The notes beneath the pieces are model-generated. The model was not told where the DNA came from, searched no databases, and saw nothing but the letters and a program-made list of their open reading frames with translations. This document shows, piece by piece, positions 33,390-43,871 of a stretch of 64,000 nt of DNA; position 1 is the stretch's first letter; each line of letters opens with the position of its first letter. The stretch comes from a virus: IMG/VR virus record IMGVR_UViG_3300045988_148972; one strand, written 5' to 3'. The position numbers were made by a program, and so were the translations under genes.

Positions 33390-33938
33390 ATGGATAGAGA
33401 ACAAATGATCTCCCGTTATGAGGAGCTGTATGATAAGATGAAGGACAGCAAGGACGTAAAGAATATGAAAATATTCGGCGAAGCTGCTACTTATTATTTC
33501 AAGGAAATGGCCAAAATGCACCCGGAAATGGCAATGAGCTGGCTATCACATCTTGAAGCAATGTGCTGGGACAACTTTTTGTCTGAAACAGAGGCTGTGA
33601 ATATTGGAAAAACTATGATTAATGAAGACGGTGTGAAAGGATTTCACTGGGGACATGACACCTTTGTAGCTGCTGTTAAACAGCTTGGAGGAGTTCCTGA
33701 AGAAAAGCCTTCGTACAATTCGTATGCACTTTGTGTCACAGCCAATATGATTTACAGCGACATGGCTTACAGCATCGCTGAAGATATGGGATACAAGACA
33801 CCTGCCGAAGTCCCTAACGAAAAGATGGCACTTTCCTGCTACAAGAAAGCTGTAGCGTATCTGAAAGACAAGGATAAGAACTTTCAGGTGCGTCGTTACT
33901 TCAAGAAACGCATGTACGGAGATCCTACCATCATGTAA
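33390..33938 (+). CDS. Hypothetical protein
   Basis: ORF track, 182 aa. Confidence 0.65.
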   Translation: MDREQMISRYEELYDKMKDSKDVKNMKIFGEAATYYFKEMAKMHPEMAMSWLSHLEAMCWDNFLSETEAVNIGKTMINEDGVKGFHWGHDTFVAAVKQLGGVPEEKPSYNSYALCVTANMIYSDMAYSIAEDMGYKTPAEVPNEKMALSCYKKAVAYLKDKDKNFQVRRYFKKRMYGDPTIM

Positions 33939-34091
33939 CAGCCGCATAGAAGAAAAGCTGGATCTGCTTATCCGGATGGTAGCTCAACTTGACGGGTTAA
34001 GAGGATTTGGTTCTAATGTGCTGGCAAATGTGGTAGGTGATCTGATAATGAGAAAAAGATGATATAGTTTGTCTTTCCACTATATATGAAT

Positions 34092-34142
34092 AAAAATGCA
34101 GACGGGGTTTTGTCGTTTCTTCCCCGGCTGCATTATTTTTTT
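34092..34142. terminator. Bidirectional terminator between convergent genes
   Basis: ATGCAGACGGGG-loop-CCCCGGCTGCAT stem flanked by A5 and T7. Confidence 0.6.
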
Positions 34143-34151
34143 ATATGTTTA

Positions 34152-34670
34152 TCAATATCCGTCGGTTAAGTTTACATTTATCCATTCTTTTATACATGGA
34201 AAGTATTTTTTATAGTTCTTTTCTGTAATCTCTATTATCTTTTCTTCTCCATTCATAAATATAATTTCTATACGGAAAGGGAATGCAGTGACTTTCATGG
34301 GATAAATAAAAGTTCCGCTGGCCCATCTTGAATATTTTTTATTTGGGAAGTATGGTCCTGTAAGATTCAGTATTTTTATTTTGGTGTGCTTTACATTTGC
34401 ATTTACGGCACCTACTATATCGCTTGAAACGGCATCTCCCACCTGATTTATCCCATAATAGTATACACGAATGTATTTAATGCTTCTACTACTTGTAATC
34501 TTAAATTTTGTATCTGTCATTTTCCTCCCAGGACAGCATCCGAATGGAGAATCTTTTTTAAATGTAAATTTAGAAAATGACACCTGTGCATTCATAATGG
34601 AATAGGTAGATAATAGAAATACAAGTAAAATGTATTTTATAATTATACTTTTAAACAATTGCTTTTTCAT
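34152..34670 (-). CDS. Secreted protein encoded antisense to the virion operons (moron candidate)
   Basis: Signal-peptide-like N-terminus (KYILLVFLLSTYSIMNAQ). Has its own -7 box (TATTTTTG on the minus strand at 34692-34699) and a terminator. AT-rich flanks. Confidence 0.65.
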   Translation of the reverse strand: MKKQLFKSIIIKYILLVFLLSTYSIMNAQVSFSKFTFKKDSPFGCCPGRKMTDTKFKITSSRSIKYIRVYYYGINQVGDAVSSDIVGAVNANVKHTKIKILNLTGPYFPNKKYSRWASGTFIYPMKVTAFPFRIEIIFMNGEEKIIEITEKNYKKYFPCIKEWINVNLTDGY

Positions 34671-34841
34671 AATCTTATTAGTTTATTTTTTGCAAAAATA
34701 TTGATTTAGCAGAGTTTGCTTTTCATATTTTCTGATTAAATGAAAAATGTGCTTAAAAACGGAGTAAAATGTAAAATATGTAACGATTTTAATAGTATAT
34801 ACTTTTAAAAAATCATTATATACTTTACATTTTTAGTTGTT

Positions 34842-34881
34842 TTTTTGTCCTTCATTTCCAGATTCCTGCTGCCTAACTTTG
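34842..34881 (+). promoter_or_regulatory. Phage late-type promoter cassette
   Basis: TTTTTGTCCTTCA at 34842-34854, TAACTTTG at 34874-34881, ATG at 34902. The leader is near-identical to the one at 12921-12945. Confidence 0.6.
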
Positions 34882-34901
34882 AGGAAAACAAACACAAAGA
34901 C

Positions 34902-37900
34902 ATGGCAAATAGTTTAGGTACCAGACTGGCTAGAATCGACGTGCTTATCGGAGGAGCTGATCAGGCTCGTAAACAAGTAGAAGAAATGCGCAAAGAATGG
35001 GCAAAACTTGGGAAACAAGTCCAGGAAGCGCAACGTAATATGGAGAAATCCGTTGATACTGTTGATTACGATAAGAATAAGAAAGCATACGCAGAAGCTC
35101 AGAAACAGCAGAAACAGCTTCAGAAATCCATCCAGGAGTCAGAACGTAATATAAATACAGTTCAGAAATATCTTTCGGATATTTCCGGACAGACTCTTCG
35201 TAACCTTAATAATGCGCAAAAAGGATTGAAGCAGATGCTTCTTGGCGTTAATCCTAAAAATATAGAATCACTGAATACCGTCCGCGAATATATCAAGCAG
35301 ATATCCGATGAAGTACAACGCCGTAAGGGTAATCTTGTTGAGTTTTCAGATATTATAGGTAATATAGGAAATGTGAGCGATAAGTCACTAGGAATGGCTA
35401 AACAGCGGCTTCAGGAACTTATTTCAACCACTCAAAAAAATACGCAGGAAATTCAGACTTATCGTGAGCAGCTTAAAAAGGTGGAAGACGAGGAGCAGCG
35501 CCGAATAAGCTCTAAGGCTGGACGAGTAATGGGAGATTTGGATGGAAGTAGCATAGCAGAAATCCAAGAAGCTATTAAGTTAACAACTCAGCTTCGCGAT
35601 GCTCAGAAATTGGGAGGCCAGGAATGGGATATCTATAATGGAGAAATACAGAAGGCACAAAAATACCTGGAAGACTTTAATAGTAAGATAAAGCAACTAA
35701 CCATGTTCCGTCAGATGGGAGATTTGACCAAGGTTAGTTCTTCTTCTCTTTCAGAATTAAAAAGATACTGGCAAGAACAAGTTAATGGTGCTGAAACTAC
35801 ATCCGCTAAGTTGAAACATTATCAGATTCAGCTGCAGGCTGTAATGAAAGAAGAAGAAAGACGTATTAGCGTACAGGCTGGTAAGGTTATGGGAAATCTT
35901 ACCGGGTCTTCTGTGTCTGAAATTCAGGAAGCCATTAAGGTTACAACTCAGCTTCGCGATGCTCAAAAACTTGGAAGTCAGGAGTGGGATGTTTACAATG
36001 ATGAAATACAAAAGGCACAAAAATATCTGTCTGATTTTAACAACTTGACGAAACAGCTTTCCATGTCTGAGCGGATGCGTGATATTGGGAAAGCCAGTGA
36101 AGCATCGCTAATAGAGTTGAAAAAATACTGGCAGGAGCAGGTAAATGGTGCACAGCGTGGAACTCAAGAGCTAGCTGAATATGAAGCAAAACTTAAACAG
36201 GTTTTGGATGAAGAGAAGAAACGCTCGGCTAAAAGTGCCGTCAGTGTATTCAGTAATTTAAGTGGAAGTAGCCTTACTGAGATTCAGGATGCGATTAGGG
36301 CAACAACCCAACTTCGTGATGCGACAGAACTTGGCTCAAAGCAATGGGATATATATAATCAGTACATTGAACGAGCTAAGAAGTATCTTTCTGATTTTGA
36401 GAATGCAAGTAAAAATGCGGCTATTGCAGAACGCATGAAGAATATTGGAAATGTCAGCACATCCTCACTGGCTGAACTGAAAAAGTTTTGGCAAGAGCAG
36501 ATAGATGGGGCAGAACTTTCTTCTCAAAAATTACAGAATTATAAGCAGAACTTAGATGCTGTTATCAAAGAAGAACAAAATCGTGTTTCTCAGCGTGCGC
36601 AGTCTACTATCGGCCAAGTACAGACCGGTACATTTGACGGGACCATTGCACAGACAAAAGAAGCAATTAAGCTATTAGAACAGTATAAGCAACAGCTTAA
36701 GACCAGTGATGCGCAGGGTATTAAGGATGTGGAATCTACTATTAATTCATTGAATGAAAAGCTGAAGCAATCATCCGCTCAATTTTCTTCTTTGGATGAA
36801 GCACTCGATAAAGCTGGAACAGTTGGTAATGGCACATTCGATGGCACACAAGAGGATCTTGATAAACTGAAAAAATCGCTCGAAGAATATAAGAAACAGC
36901 TGAAAGTGAGTGATACTAAAGGTTTGAAAAAGATTGAAGATGCGATTAGTACAATTGAGAAAAAGCAGAAAAATGCAGTATTAAGTGCACAAGAATTAGA
37001 AAAAGTAATTCTGACAATTAAAACCGCTCCTTTGGAAGACCTGCAAAAGGCAGCAGCCCAACTTCAGGAGAAACTTGCAACAGCTGAACGTGACACACGA
37101 GAATATGTAGATACGTCACTAAATCTTCGTCGTGTAAATGAGCAGATCAATGAAGTGAAACGAAGCTGGCAGGATCATGACAACCAGATTGTAGCTACGA
37201 TAAAACGTTTGACAAGCTATGTATTAGTATATGCCGGCTTTAATGAAGTCGTAGGGCGTATCAAACAGTTGTATCAGGCTAACCTGGAACTTAGCGATAG
37301 TCTGGCGGACATTCAGAAAACTACCGGCCTTTCTGCTGAGTCTGTTGCAGAGCTAAGCCGAGAAATTGATGAAATTGATACCCGTACTGCACAGCAAGAG
37401 CTCCACGATCTAGCTTATGAGGCAGGTAAACTGGGTATCTCTGCTAAGGAAGATGTGCTTGGATTTGTAAAGGCTGGTAATCAGTTACTCGTAGCGTTAG
37501 GTGAAGATTTGGGAGGTGCCGAAGCTGTACGTCAGCTGATGAAGGTAAATGCTATTCTTGGTGAAACTCAAAAGCTTGGTGTGGAAAAGGCTTTGCTGGC
37601 AACTGGTTCTGCTATCAATGAAATTTCACAGACAAGTCGTGCTTCTGCCGGTCCGATAGTTGATGTAGTAAATCGTATCGGTGCTATTGGGGAAGCTGCT
37701 GGTCTTTCTATGTCCGACCTGATAGCACTGGCTGGTACACTTGATGCACTTGGACAGCATGCAGAAATGGGAGGTACTGCATTGAATACCTTTATTTCTA
37801 CTCTTACAAGTAACACAACCGAAGTAGCACAGGCTGTAGGACTGAGCGACGAATATCTTAAAAATCTGATTGATCAAGGGAAGACTATTCAGGCAGTTAT

Positions 37901-40900
37901 AGCTGTTTTAGAGAAGATGAAAGCAATGGGTGGTTTGGATGTACTGGCTCCTATAATGAAAGATTTGGGAAGCGACGGAGAACGTATCAAGCAGGTACTT
38001 GTTACTTTGTCCTCTGGAGTTGACGAATTGAAAGCTCAGGTATTTACATCATCTCGTGCGTTTAAAGAAGCCACCAGCGTAACAGATGAATATAATATAA
38101 AGAATGAAGATGCTATGGCCATCATGATGCGTATGGGTAATGCTATCAAGGAGTCATTTATAAACAGTGGTCTGGTAGAATGGCTTACCGATGTTCTAAG
38201 ATTCATGGCTAGTATTCCGAACCGATTTGAGCGTGGAGAAACCTCTATACGTCTTACGGCAGTAGCATTGCAAGTATTGGTTGGAGTTTTGATTGCCACC
38301 TCTAAGGCTGTTCAAAATGCCAGTATGAATATTCTGTTTTTTTACCAAAGGGTTAATGCCGGAACTGCATCTGTGAACATATTTGTAAAAGCTTGGAACG
38401 CTTTAAAATTTGCCATGTCTTCAAATCCTTTGGGTTGGATTACGCTGGCTGTTACGGCTCTCACGTCAGCATGGACTTTATTAAAAAAATCAGTAAATGA
38501 AGCGGCAAAGGCGCAGGCAGAATATGAAGGGACTTTGCAAAAAGAACGGTTTGAATTGGATAATCTTCGTTTTGCTATCGAAAAAGCTAATGTAGCCAAT
38601 GGAGAACGTGCGGCGTTGATAAAACAGCTCAATGATAAGTACGGTGCATATCTTGGGTTCATGGTTACAGAAAATAATTATGCAGAAAAGCAGGAATATA
38701 TTTATAGTCTGATTAATGCCCGTCTACGTGAAACTCTTGCTTTAAAGATGCGAGATAAAATGATGGAAAACATAGCGGACAAATATTCCGACCAAATACA
38801 GGAGCTTCAATCAAAGATTATTGCTTCACTGAATAATATGAAGAATGTTGGTGAAACGAATGCTGGTGATGCAATGGCTCTTATTATGGACGGGATGAAC
38901 AAGGTAGTGGAAGAAGGCGGAAATCTATATGATGCGCTGGAAGGCTTTATGGAAAAATATAATAAAAATATAAAGCAACTTCCATTCAGTTCCGATGCCT
39001 TGAAGCTGATGAATATCCTTAAAAATATACGTAAGGAGGCAGGACAAACACAGACTTTCCTGGATAGTACACAACGCGCTGCTGAAAGCAGGACAGAGGA
39101 GCTTATGCTACAAGATCTTCGCAAGTCCAATCAGGGTATTCTTTCAACATCTGATCTATCTGCACTTAACACCTACTTGCAACAGGCCACCACTTACGTA
39201 CAGCGTCTCCGTGAAGATGTAGATGAATTGAATGCAAAACGTGAGAAAGGAGAAAAACTTACTAAATCTGAAACAGCTGAACTTGCAGAAAAAAATCGGC
39301 AGTTAGGCGTATATCAGAACAATATTTCTCAGGTAGAGAAGCGTATAAAAGCAATAGGAATGGAGTCTGTATGGGGGAAGGGAGTATCTCTTGAAACTGC
39401 TGGTGTTGACAAGCTTGTAGCTACCTATAAGAAGCTCGAAGCCATGATGAAGAGTATTAATGAAGACAAGGACTATGCAGATACATTTGCTGCCCGTGGA
39501 TTCAAGTCGGCCAAGGAAGAATACGAGGCGTTGAAAAAGATGGAGCAGGATGTGGCCAAGGTGCTTGCTGAGAAATGGGGACGCGACACCAGCGGTAACT
39601 GGCTCAAAGTACGTAAGTCAGGCACACGCGGCGAGCAGAAGGAAATGAATGATGAAATCAGTGCGGCCATGTCTGCGCTCGAAGCTTATTTTCTCCGCCG
39701 TCAGCAGGCTATTCGTCAGGCATATCTCGATGAACAGATAACTACTGAGGAGATGAACCGCCAGATTGACGCGACCGAGGAAGAACATCTGCTGGCACGT
39801 GTGGAGCTTCGTAAAAAGCTGTTGGGCGAAGAGAATACCTTCAATCAGAATTTATACGGAATGGAAGGTAAGAACCTGGAATCTACTGCTGCATTGATTA
39901 AAAAGCTGGGTGAACGTCAGACCGACGGGTTACGTAAGAACCTTGAAAAGGATCTGCTCGAAGTACAGAATATGGCGGTAAAATATAGTCAGAATATAGA
40001 AAAGGAACTTCTCAAGTATAATCCGTTTGAAAGCCTTATTAATCAATTTGAGGAATCTCTTGATAAGCTTCGTCTTCTGAATACCGATTCGGAAAAGAAA
40101 ATGAGAATGAGCTTAGGATTTAGCGGAGTGATTGATGAAAGTATGATTAAGGAAAGAATTAATGCCCTTATATCTCTGTCAGAAGATGCTTACAGCTTGA
40201 ACGAAGATCAGTTACGGACTTATCTTAGCAATATTGATGCGCTATGGGCAGAAAGCATGAGCCCTGAACAGATGTCTCTTATGCTGAAAAAGCTTCGTGA
40301 TTTTTATAGGGATTCCAAAGCAGCTGCCGAGAAGTATGCAAAGGACATTAAGGAAATGATAGACGTTCAGTGGGAAACTAGCGGAAGACAGAAACAATGG
40401 GAAGATCGTATAAATTTATCTAATGATCAAAGCGAAATGATGCGTGCAGCCGCCAATTTAGGGCTTGCTTCTTCTCAAAGCTCGTTTCTCGGTACTTCTG
40501 ATACGGATAATGCCGAGCTGGAAGCCTTGCGAATCCGCCTGGAAGCTGCACAACAGTATTATGAAGAGTTCTATGCCCGTAAACAAGAACTTATACAGCA
40601 GGCTATTGCTTCAGGCGCAACAGAGCAGCAAGCTCAAGAATACTATCACATGGCCGAGAAAGAGGCACTGGATGAACTTAACGCATTGAGAGAAGAACAA
40701 GCTGCAAAGGAGCTTGAAATTACCCAAAGCAAACTGAGTACATTGAAAAATTACACAGATGCAATAGTAGATTTCAGTGAACAGATGGGAGAAGCTGCAT
40801 TTGCTGAAGTTGAAGACCGCAAAGAGGCTGCAAAGATGTTATTGCAAACAACCATTAAACTTACTAAGGACTTGATTATGCAAAAGATTCAGGAACTTAT

Positions 40901-41726
40901 AATGAAAAAAGCTCTCGGTGCACAGGAAGTAGCTCAAGAATCAAGTACGCAAACTGCCATTACGGCTTTGCATGGCTCTCAGGCTATTACAGATCTTACA
41001 GTGCAGGGCGCAAAAACTACAGCTGACATTTCTGCGGGTATTGCTTCTGGATCAGCTAAAACAATCGGTCAGTTAGGATGGTGGGGAATACCTCTTATTG
41101 CTGCAATTACAGCCGCACTTTCTACATTAATGGGCTTGGCTATGGGCAAGCTGAACAAATCAAAGGAGGAGATAGCTTCAGCTACTGGTGCAAGCAGTAA
41201 TAAAGGCCGTGTCGCTGCTGGTATGCTTACATATAAAAATGGTGACTATCCTATATTGGGAAACGATGGGCATATTTACAATGCAAGTTATCAAAAGGAA
41301 CTGAAAACGGGAGTATATAGTGGAGGTGCTCACTTCGGCCTTTTTTCTGAAAAGAAACCAGAAATGATTGTAGACGGAGATACAACTCAGAAGCTTATTC
41401 TGAACTATCCGCACATTTACGAAAGCATTCTTACTATTGCCCGTCATGGACAGCTTAAGTCGGCATCTATGCCTACGTTTGCAAACGGGAACTACCCTTC
41501 TATGGCTGTGCAATCTTCTCAGGCAAGACAGCAAGATAACTATTCCGGGATGTCTGGGGATCAGATAGCACAAATACTTGCAGAAATGACTGGCGCAGTA
41601 AATGCACTTACTGAACGGCTTAATAAGCCTATTAGCGCAACGGTTGATCCTTACGGAAGTAAAGGAGCCGTAAATCAGTTAAATAAAGCAAGTAAGTTTA
41701 TGACAAAGCGAGGATTGACTAAATAA
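34902..41726 (+). CDS. Tape measure protein (2274 aa)
   Basis: Very long and mostly alpha-helical or coiled-coil. Has 120-aa tandem repeats, a hydrophobic segment WWGIPLIAAITAALSTLMGLAMG near the C-terminus, and sits in a tail module. Trimmed to the ATG at 34902. Confidence 0.85.
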   Translation: MANSLGTRLARIDVLIGGADQARKQVEEMRKEWAKLGKQVQEAQRNMEKSVDTVDYDKNKKAYAEAQKQQKQLQKSIQESERNINTVQKYLSDISGQTLRNLNNAQKGLKQMLLGVNPKNIESLNTVREYIKQISDEVQRRKGNLVEFSDIIGNIGNVSDKSLGMAKQRLQELISTTQKNTQEIQTYREQLKKVEDEEQRRISSKAGRVMGDLDGSSIAEIQEAIKLTTQLRDAQKLGGQEWDIYNGEIQKAQKYLEDFNSKIKQLTMFRQMGDLTKVSSSSLSELKRYWQEQVNGAETTSAKLKHYQIQLQAVMKEEERRISVQAGKVMGNLTGSSVSEIQEAIKVTTQLRDAQKLGSQEWDVYNDEIQKAQKYLSDFNNLTKQLSMSERMRDIGKASEASLIELKKYWQEQVNGAQRGTQELAEYEAKLKQVLDEEKKRSAKSAVSVFSNLSGSSLTEIQDAIRATTQLRDATELGSKQWDIYNQYIERAKKYLSDFENASKNAAIAERMKNIGNVSTSSLAELKKFWQEQIDGAELSSQKLQNYKQNLDAVIKEEQNRVSQRAQSTIGQVQTGTFDGTIAQTKEAIKLLEQYKQQLKTSDAQGIKDVESTINSLNEKLKQSSAQFSSLDEALDKAGTVGNGTFDGTQEDLDKLKKSLEEYKKQLKVSDTKGLKKIEDAISTIEKKQKNAVLSAQELEKVILTIKTAPLEDLQKAAAQLQEKLATAERDTREYVDTSLNLRRVNEQINEVKRSWQDHDNQIVATIKRLTSYVLVYAGFNEVVGRIKQLYQANLELSDSLADIQKTTGLSAESVAELSREIDEIDTRTAQQELHDLAYEAGKLGISAKEDVLGFVKAGNQLLVALGEDLGGAEAVRQLMKVNAILGETQKLGVEKALLATGSAINEISQTSRASAGPIVDVVNRIGAIGEAAGLSMSDLIALAGTLDALGQHAEMGGTALNTFISTLTSNTTEVAQAVGLSDEYLKNLIDQGKTIQAVIAVLEKMKAMGGLDVLAPIMKDLGSDGERIKQVLVTLSSGVDELKAQVFTSSRAFKEATSVTDEYNIKNEDAMAIMMRMGNAIKESFINSGLVEWLTDVLRFMASIPNRFERGETSIRLTAVALQVLVGVLIATSKAVQNASMNILFFYQRVNAGTASVNIFVKAWNALKFAMSSNPLGWITLAVTALTSAWTLLKKSVNEAAKAQAEYEGTLQKERFELDNLRFAIEKANVANGERAALIKQLNDKYGAYLGFMVTENNYAEKQEYIYSLINARLRETLALKMRDKMMENIADKYSDQIQELQSKIIASLNNMKNVGETNAGDAMALIMDGMNKVVEEGGNLYDALEGFMEKYNKNIKQLPFSSDALKLMNILKNIRKEAGQTQTFLDSTQRAAESRTEELMLQDLRKSNQGILSTSDLSALNTYLQQATTYVQRLREDVDELNAKREKGEKLTKSETAELAEKNRQLGVYQNNISQVEKRIKAIGMESVWGKGVSLETAGVDKLVATYKKLEAMMKSINEDKDYADTFAARGFKSAKEEYEALKKMEQDVAKVLAEKWGRDTSGNWLKVRKSGTRGEQKEMNDEISAAMSALEAYFLRRQQAIRQAYLDEQITTEEMNRQIDATEEEHLLARVELRKKLLGEENTFNQNLYGMEGKNLESTAALIKKLGERQTDGLRKNLEKDLLEVQNMAVKYSQNIEKELLKYNPFESLINQFEESLDKLRLLNTDSEKKMRMSLGFSGVIDESMIKERINALISLSEDAYSLNEDQLRTYLSNIDALWAESMSPEQMSLMLKKLRDFYRDSKAAAEKYAKDIKEMIDVQWETSGRQKQWEDRINLSNDQSEMMRAAANLGLASSQSSFLGTSDTDNAELEALRIRLEAAQQYYEEFYARKQELIQQAIASGATEQQAQEYYHMAEKEALDELNALREEQAAKELEITQSKLSTLKNYTDAIVDFSEQMGEAAFAEVEDRKEAAKMLLQTTIKLTKDLIMQKIQELIMKKALGAQEVAQESSTQTAITALHGSQAITDLTVQGAKTTADISAGIASGSAKTIGQLGWWGIPLIAAITAALSTLMGLAMGKLNKSKEEIASATGASSNKGRVAAGMLTYKNGDYPILGNDGHIYNASYQKELKTGVYSGGAHFGLFSEKKPEMIVDGDTTQKLILNYPHIYESILTIARHGQLKSASMPTFANGNYPSMAVQSSQARQQDNYSGMSGDQIAQILAEMTGAVNALTERLNKPISATVDPYGSKGAVNQLNKASKFMTKRGLTK
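35371..36810 (+). repeat. Four in-frame tandem 360-bp (120-aa) repeats inside the tape measure gene
   Basis: Unit starts at 35371, 35731, 36091 and 36451, an exact 360-nt period. The conserved core is SL.ELKKYWQEQVNGA....SSV(S/T)EIQEAIK.TTQLRDAQKLG.QEWD.YN..IQKAQKYL.DF. Confidence 0.85.
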
Positions 41727-41735
41727 TAGTAAAAC

Positions 41736-43856
41736 ATGACAGGTATACAAATCAAAATAGGTGGGAAATGGGCTTATCTTCCTGATGATTTTTCTTTAAG
41801 CCTGGAACAGACCAGTCCTGTATTCAACGATCAGGGGACTTTTTCGTTTCCCTTTGAAATTCCTCTTGAACCAAACAGGGAGATTTTCCAGAATATTGCA
41901 GATCCGTATGGAGATATCAGTTTGAAAGACATAGATAAACTTCCGGCTGAGATCTGGTTTATGGGTGTTATGCTTTATCGAGGAAAGATAGAGACAGACA
42001 GTGAGATAGAATTTGAAGATACTATTCCACTGACATTTATTTCAGGTAACAGCGATTTTATGGATCGTACAGAGGAAATCAATGCGAGGGATGTTCCACT
42101 TGACAGACAGATAAAACTAGGATATCTAGTAACAGAAGCACATTACAACTTTGAAGGTGAAGACAAGGTTTTTCAGCTTCCAGAGCATGTTATGATGAAT
42201 TATACGGAATATAATGTTTCAGATCCATATCCGGTAAAGCCTTATTGTAATGTAAGGGTATGCGCTTCCGATGAAAATATTACAGACGGATCAAGCATGT
42301 ATGTTATACTGGAAGCCCGTCGTCCGTTTAGTGGGGTATGTTTTTATGTGAGATATTTCTTGCAATGCCTGTTTACCTATATGAATGTAGGGGTAAGGGA
42401 AGATACACTTGGAAGTATGGAAGATATAGAAAGACTAGCTTTTTTTACAACAAAGTGTGATGTGGATTATGGGAAAGAACTTTATCCTATACCATACAGC
42501 GATATTTCTTCCGAGAATTTTTTGGGTTCTGATTTTGCCATGGAAGGGGCTGCAAGTAGTCTTTATAAAACTTACTATTTTGCTGCATGGGATTTTACTT
42601 ACAAAGGAAAGGACATTTATGCTACAAATAAAAATTTCCCAGATTGTACAGCCAAGGAAATTATAGAATATCTCCAGACTGCCTTTGGAGTAGTTTTTGT
42701 ATATGATGCTCGTGAGAATGCCATGCGCATGTATTATATAAAAGACATACTAAAAAGCGAAGAGATACTTTCTCTTGATGTGGAAATTTTGGATTGTACC
42801 GTAAAAAAATCCAAATTTGAAGGACTTAAAATTACGTATGGTAATACTGATGATACGGCATTTAATTATACCGATTATCAAAACGCTGTAGAATATGAAG
42901 ATTACAAGGCAATACTTGCTAAAGGCATATCCGCAAATGACACTACCTGTTTTATAGACAAAAAAACTGGTAACGCATACCGTATAAAAGTAAATAAAGA
43001 TACAGGTGGAGATCCTTCTCTTTTTGAAGTTGCAGGATATCGTGACTATCAGACTCCAGAAGCTTCCGACGAGTCCGAAGAGCAAACTCTGACATTTCAG
43101 CCTGTTATTGTAAATGATGTACAAAAAGCCGTATTGGAAAAATTAGGAAATTCGACTGATAATTCGGAGAATGAAAAACAATGCTATGCCATATTTGCGG
43201 ATGTACAATTGAATAAGAGCCAGGATTTTAGACAGGATTTATATAAGGGTACATGGCTAGGAGAAATATATCAGGGGATTAAAACTCCTTATTCTGTACT
43301 TCTAACATTAAAAGCCCGCTGTCAGGAAAACTACGATATGACATCTTCGAATGAAGCTCCGTTGCGCACCTACGATGCAGGACAATGTGTGGGTATAATG
43401 AGAGGCCCTGGGAATGAAGCTGGAACTACATATATTAATAATTATGATGGTGAAGGGAATGATTCCTGGGTCCAGACTGTAGCAAATTATGCGTTTACGT
43501 CTGACAGTTGTGATAATTATGGAAGATTTTTTGATTATAACGGTACAGAATCCGGTGGGGTAGATCAGGAAGGGCGTTTTTCACTTAAACTGATAGCAAA
43601 TAAAGATGACTATCCCATAGGCGCTCAATATTCTGGTCGTGGACTAGTTTCAAAATTCCTTTCCGAATACTTGTATTTTATGGGGAATAAAAAGGCTGTT
43701 ATTCTCACCGTAAGGATGACAATATCACAGATATTAGGTATTGACATGCTCAAACGTTATCAAATAGGAGATTATGTGGGATTTATAAACAAGCTTTCCT
43801 ATACTATAGACCGCAGTGGTATTACGGATGTGAAAATAGAATTATACACCATTTAA
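41736..43856 (+). CDS. Tail tip / baseplate protein candidate (706 aa)
   Basis: Immediately follows the tape measure gene. No motif recognised; the call is positional only. Confidence 0.6.
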   Translation: MTGIQIKIGGKWAYLPDDFSLSLEQTSPVFNDQGTFSFPFEIPLEPNREIFQNIADPYGDISLKDIDKLPAEIWFMGVMLYRGKIETDSEIEFEDTIPLTFISGNSDFMDRTEEINARDVPLDRQIKLGYLVTEAHYNFEGEDKVFQLPEHVMMNYTEYNVSDPYPVKPYCNVRVCASDENITDGSSMYVILEARRPFSGVCFYVRYFLQCLFTYMNVGVREDTLGSMEDIERLAFFTTKCDVDYGKELYPIPYSDISSENFLGSDFAMEGAASSLYKTYYFAAWDFTYKGKDIYATNKNFPDCTAKEIIEYLQTAFGVVFVYDARENAMRMYYIKDILKSEEILSLDVEILDCTVKKSKFEGLKITYGNTDDTAFNYTDYQNAVEYEDYKAILAKGISANDTTCFIDKKTGNAYRIKVNKDTGGDPSLFEVAGYRDYQTPEASDESEEQTLTFQPVIVNDVQKAVLEKLGNSTDNSENEKQCYAIFADVQLNKSQDFRQDLYKGTWLGEIYQGIKTPYSVLLTLKARCQENYDMTSSNEAPLRTYDAGQCVGIMRGPGNEAGTTYINNYDGEGNDSWVQTVANYAFTSDSCDNYGRFFDYNGTESGGVDQEGRFSLKLIANKDDYPIGAQYSGRGLVSKFLSEYLYFMGNKKAVILTVRMTISQILGIDMLKRYQIGDYVGFINKLSYTIDRSGITDVKIELYTI

Positions 43857-43871
43857 TCAAGAAGTAAAGAC

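Noticed and set aside
33865-34062. Programmed frameshift extension of 33390..33938 (chaperone G/GT-like, given its position before the tape measure gene)
   Set aside because: The +1 frame is open and encodes a plausible helix (IEEKLDLLIRMVAQLDGL...). However, I found no slippery heptamer in the overlap, the shift would be +1 rather than the usual -1, and the extension is only about 40 aa.
35371-36810. Tandem repeats as a non-coding satellite or CRISPR-like array
   Set aside because: They are in-frame 120-codon units inside one long ORF and are conserved at the protein level.
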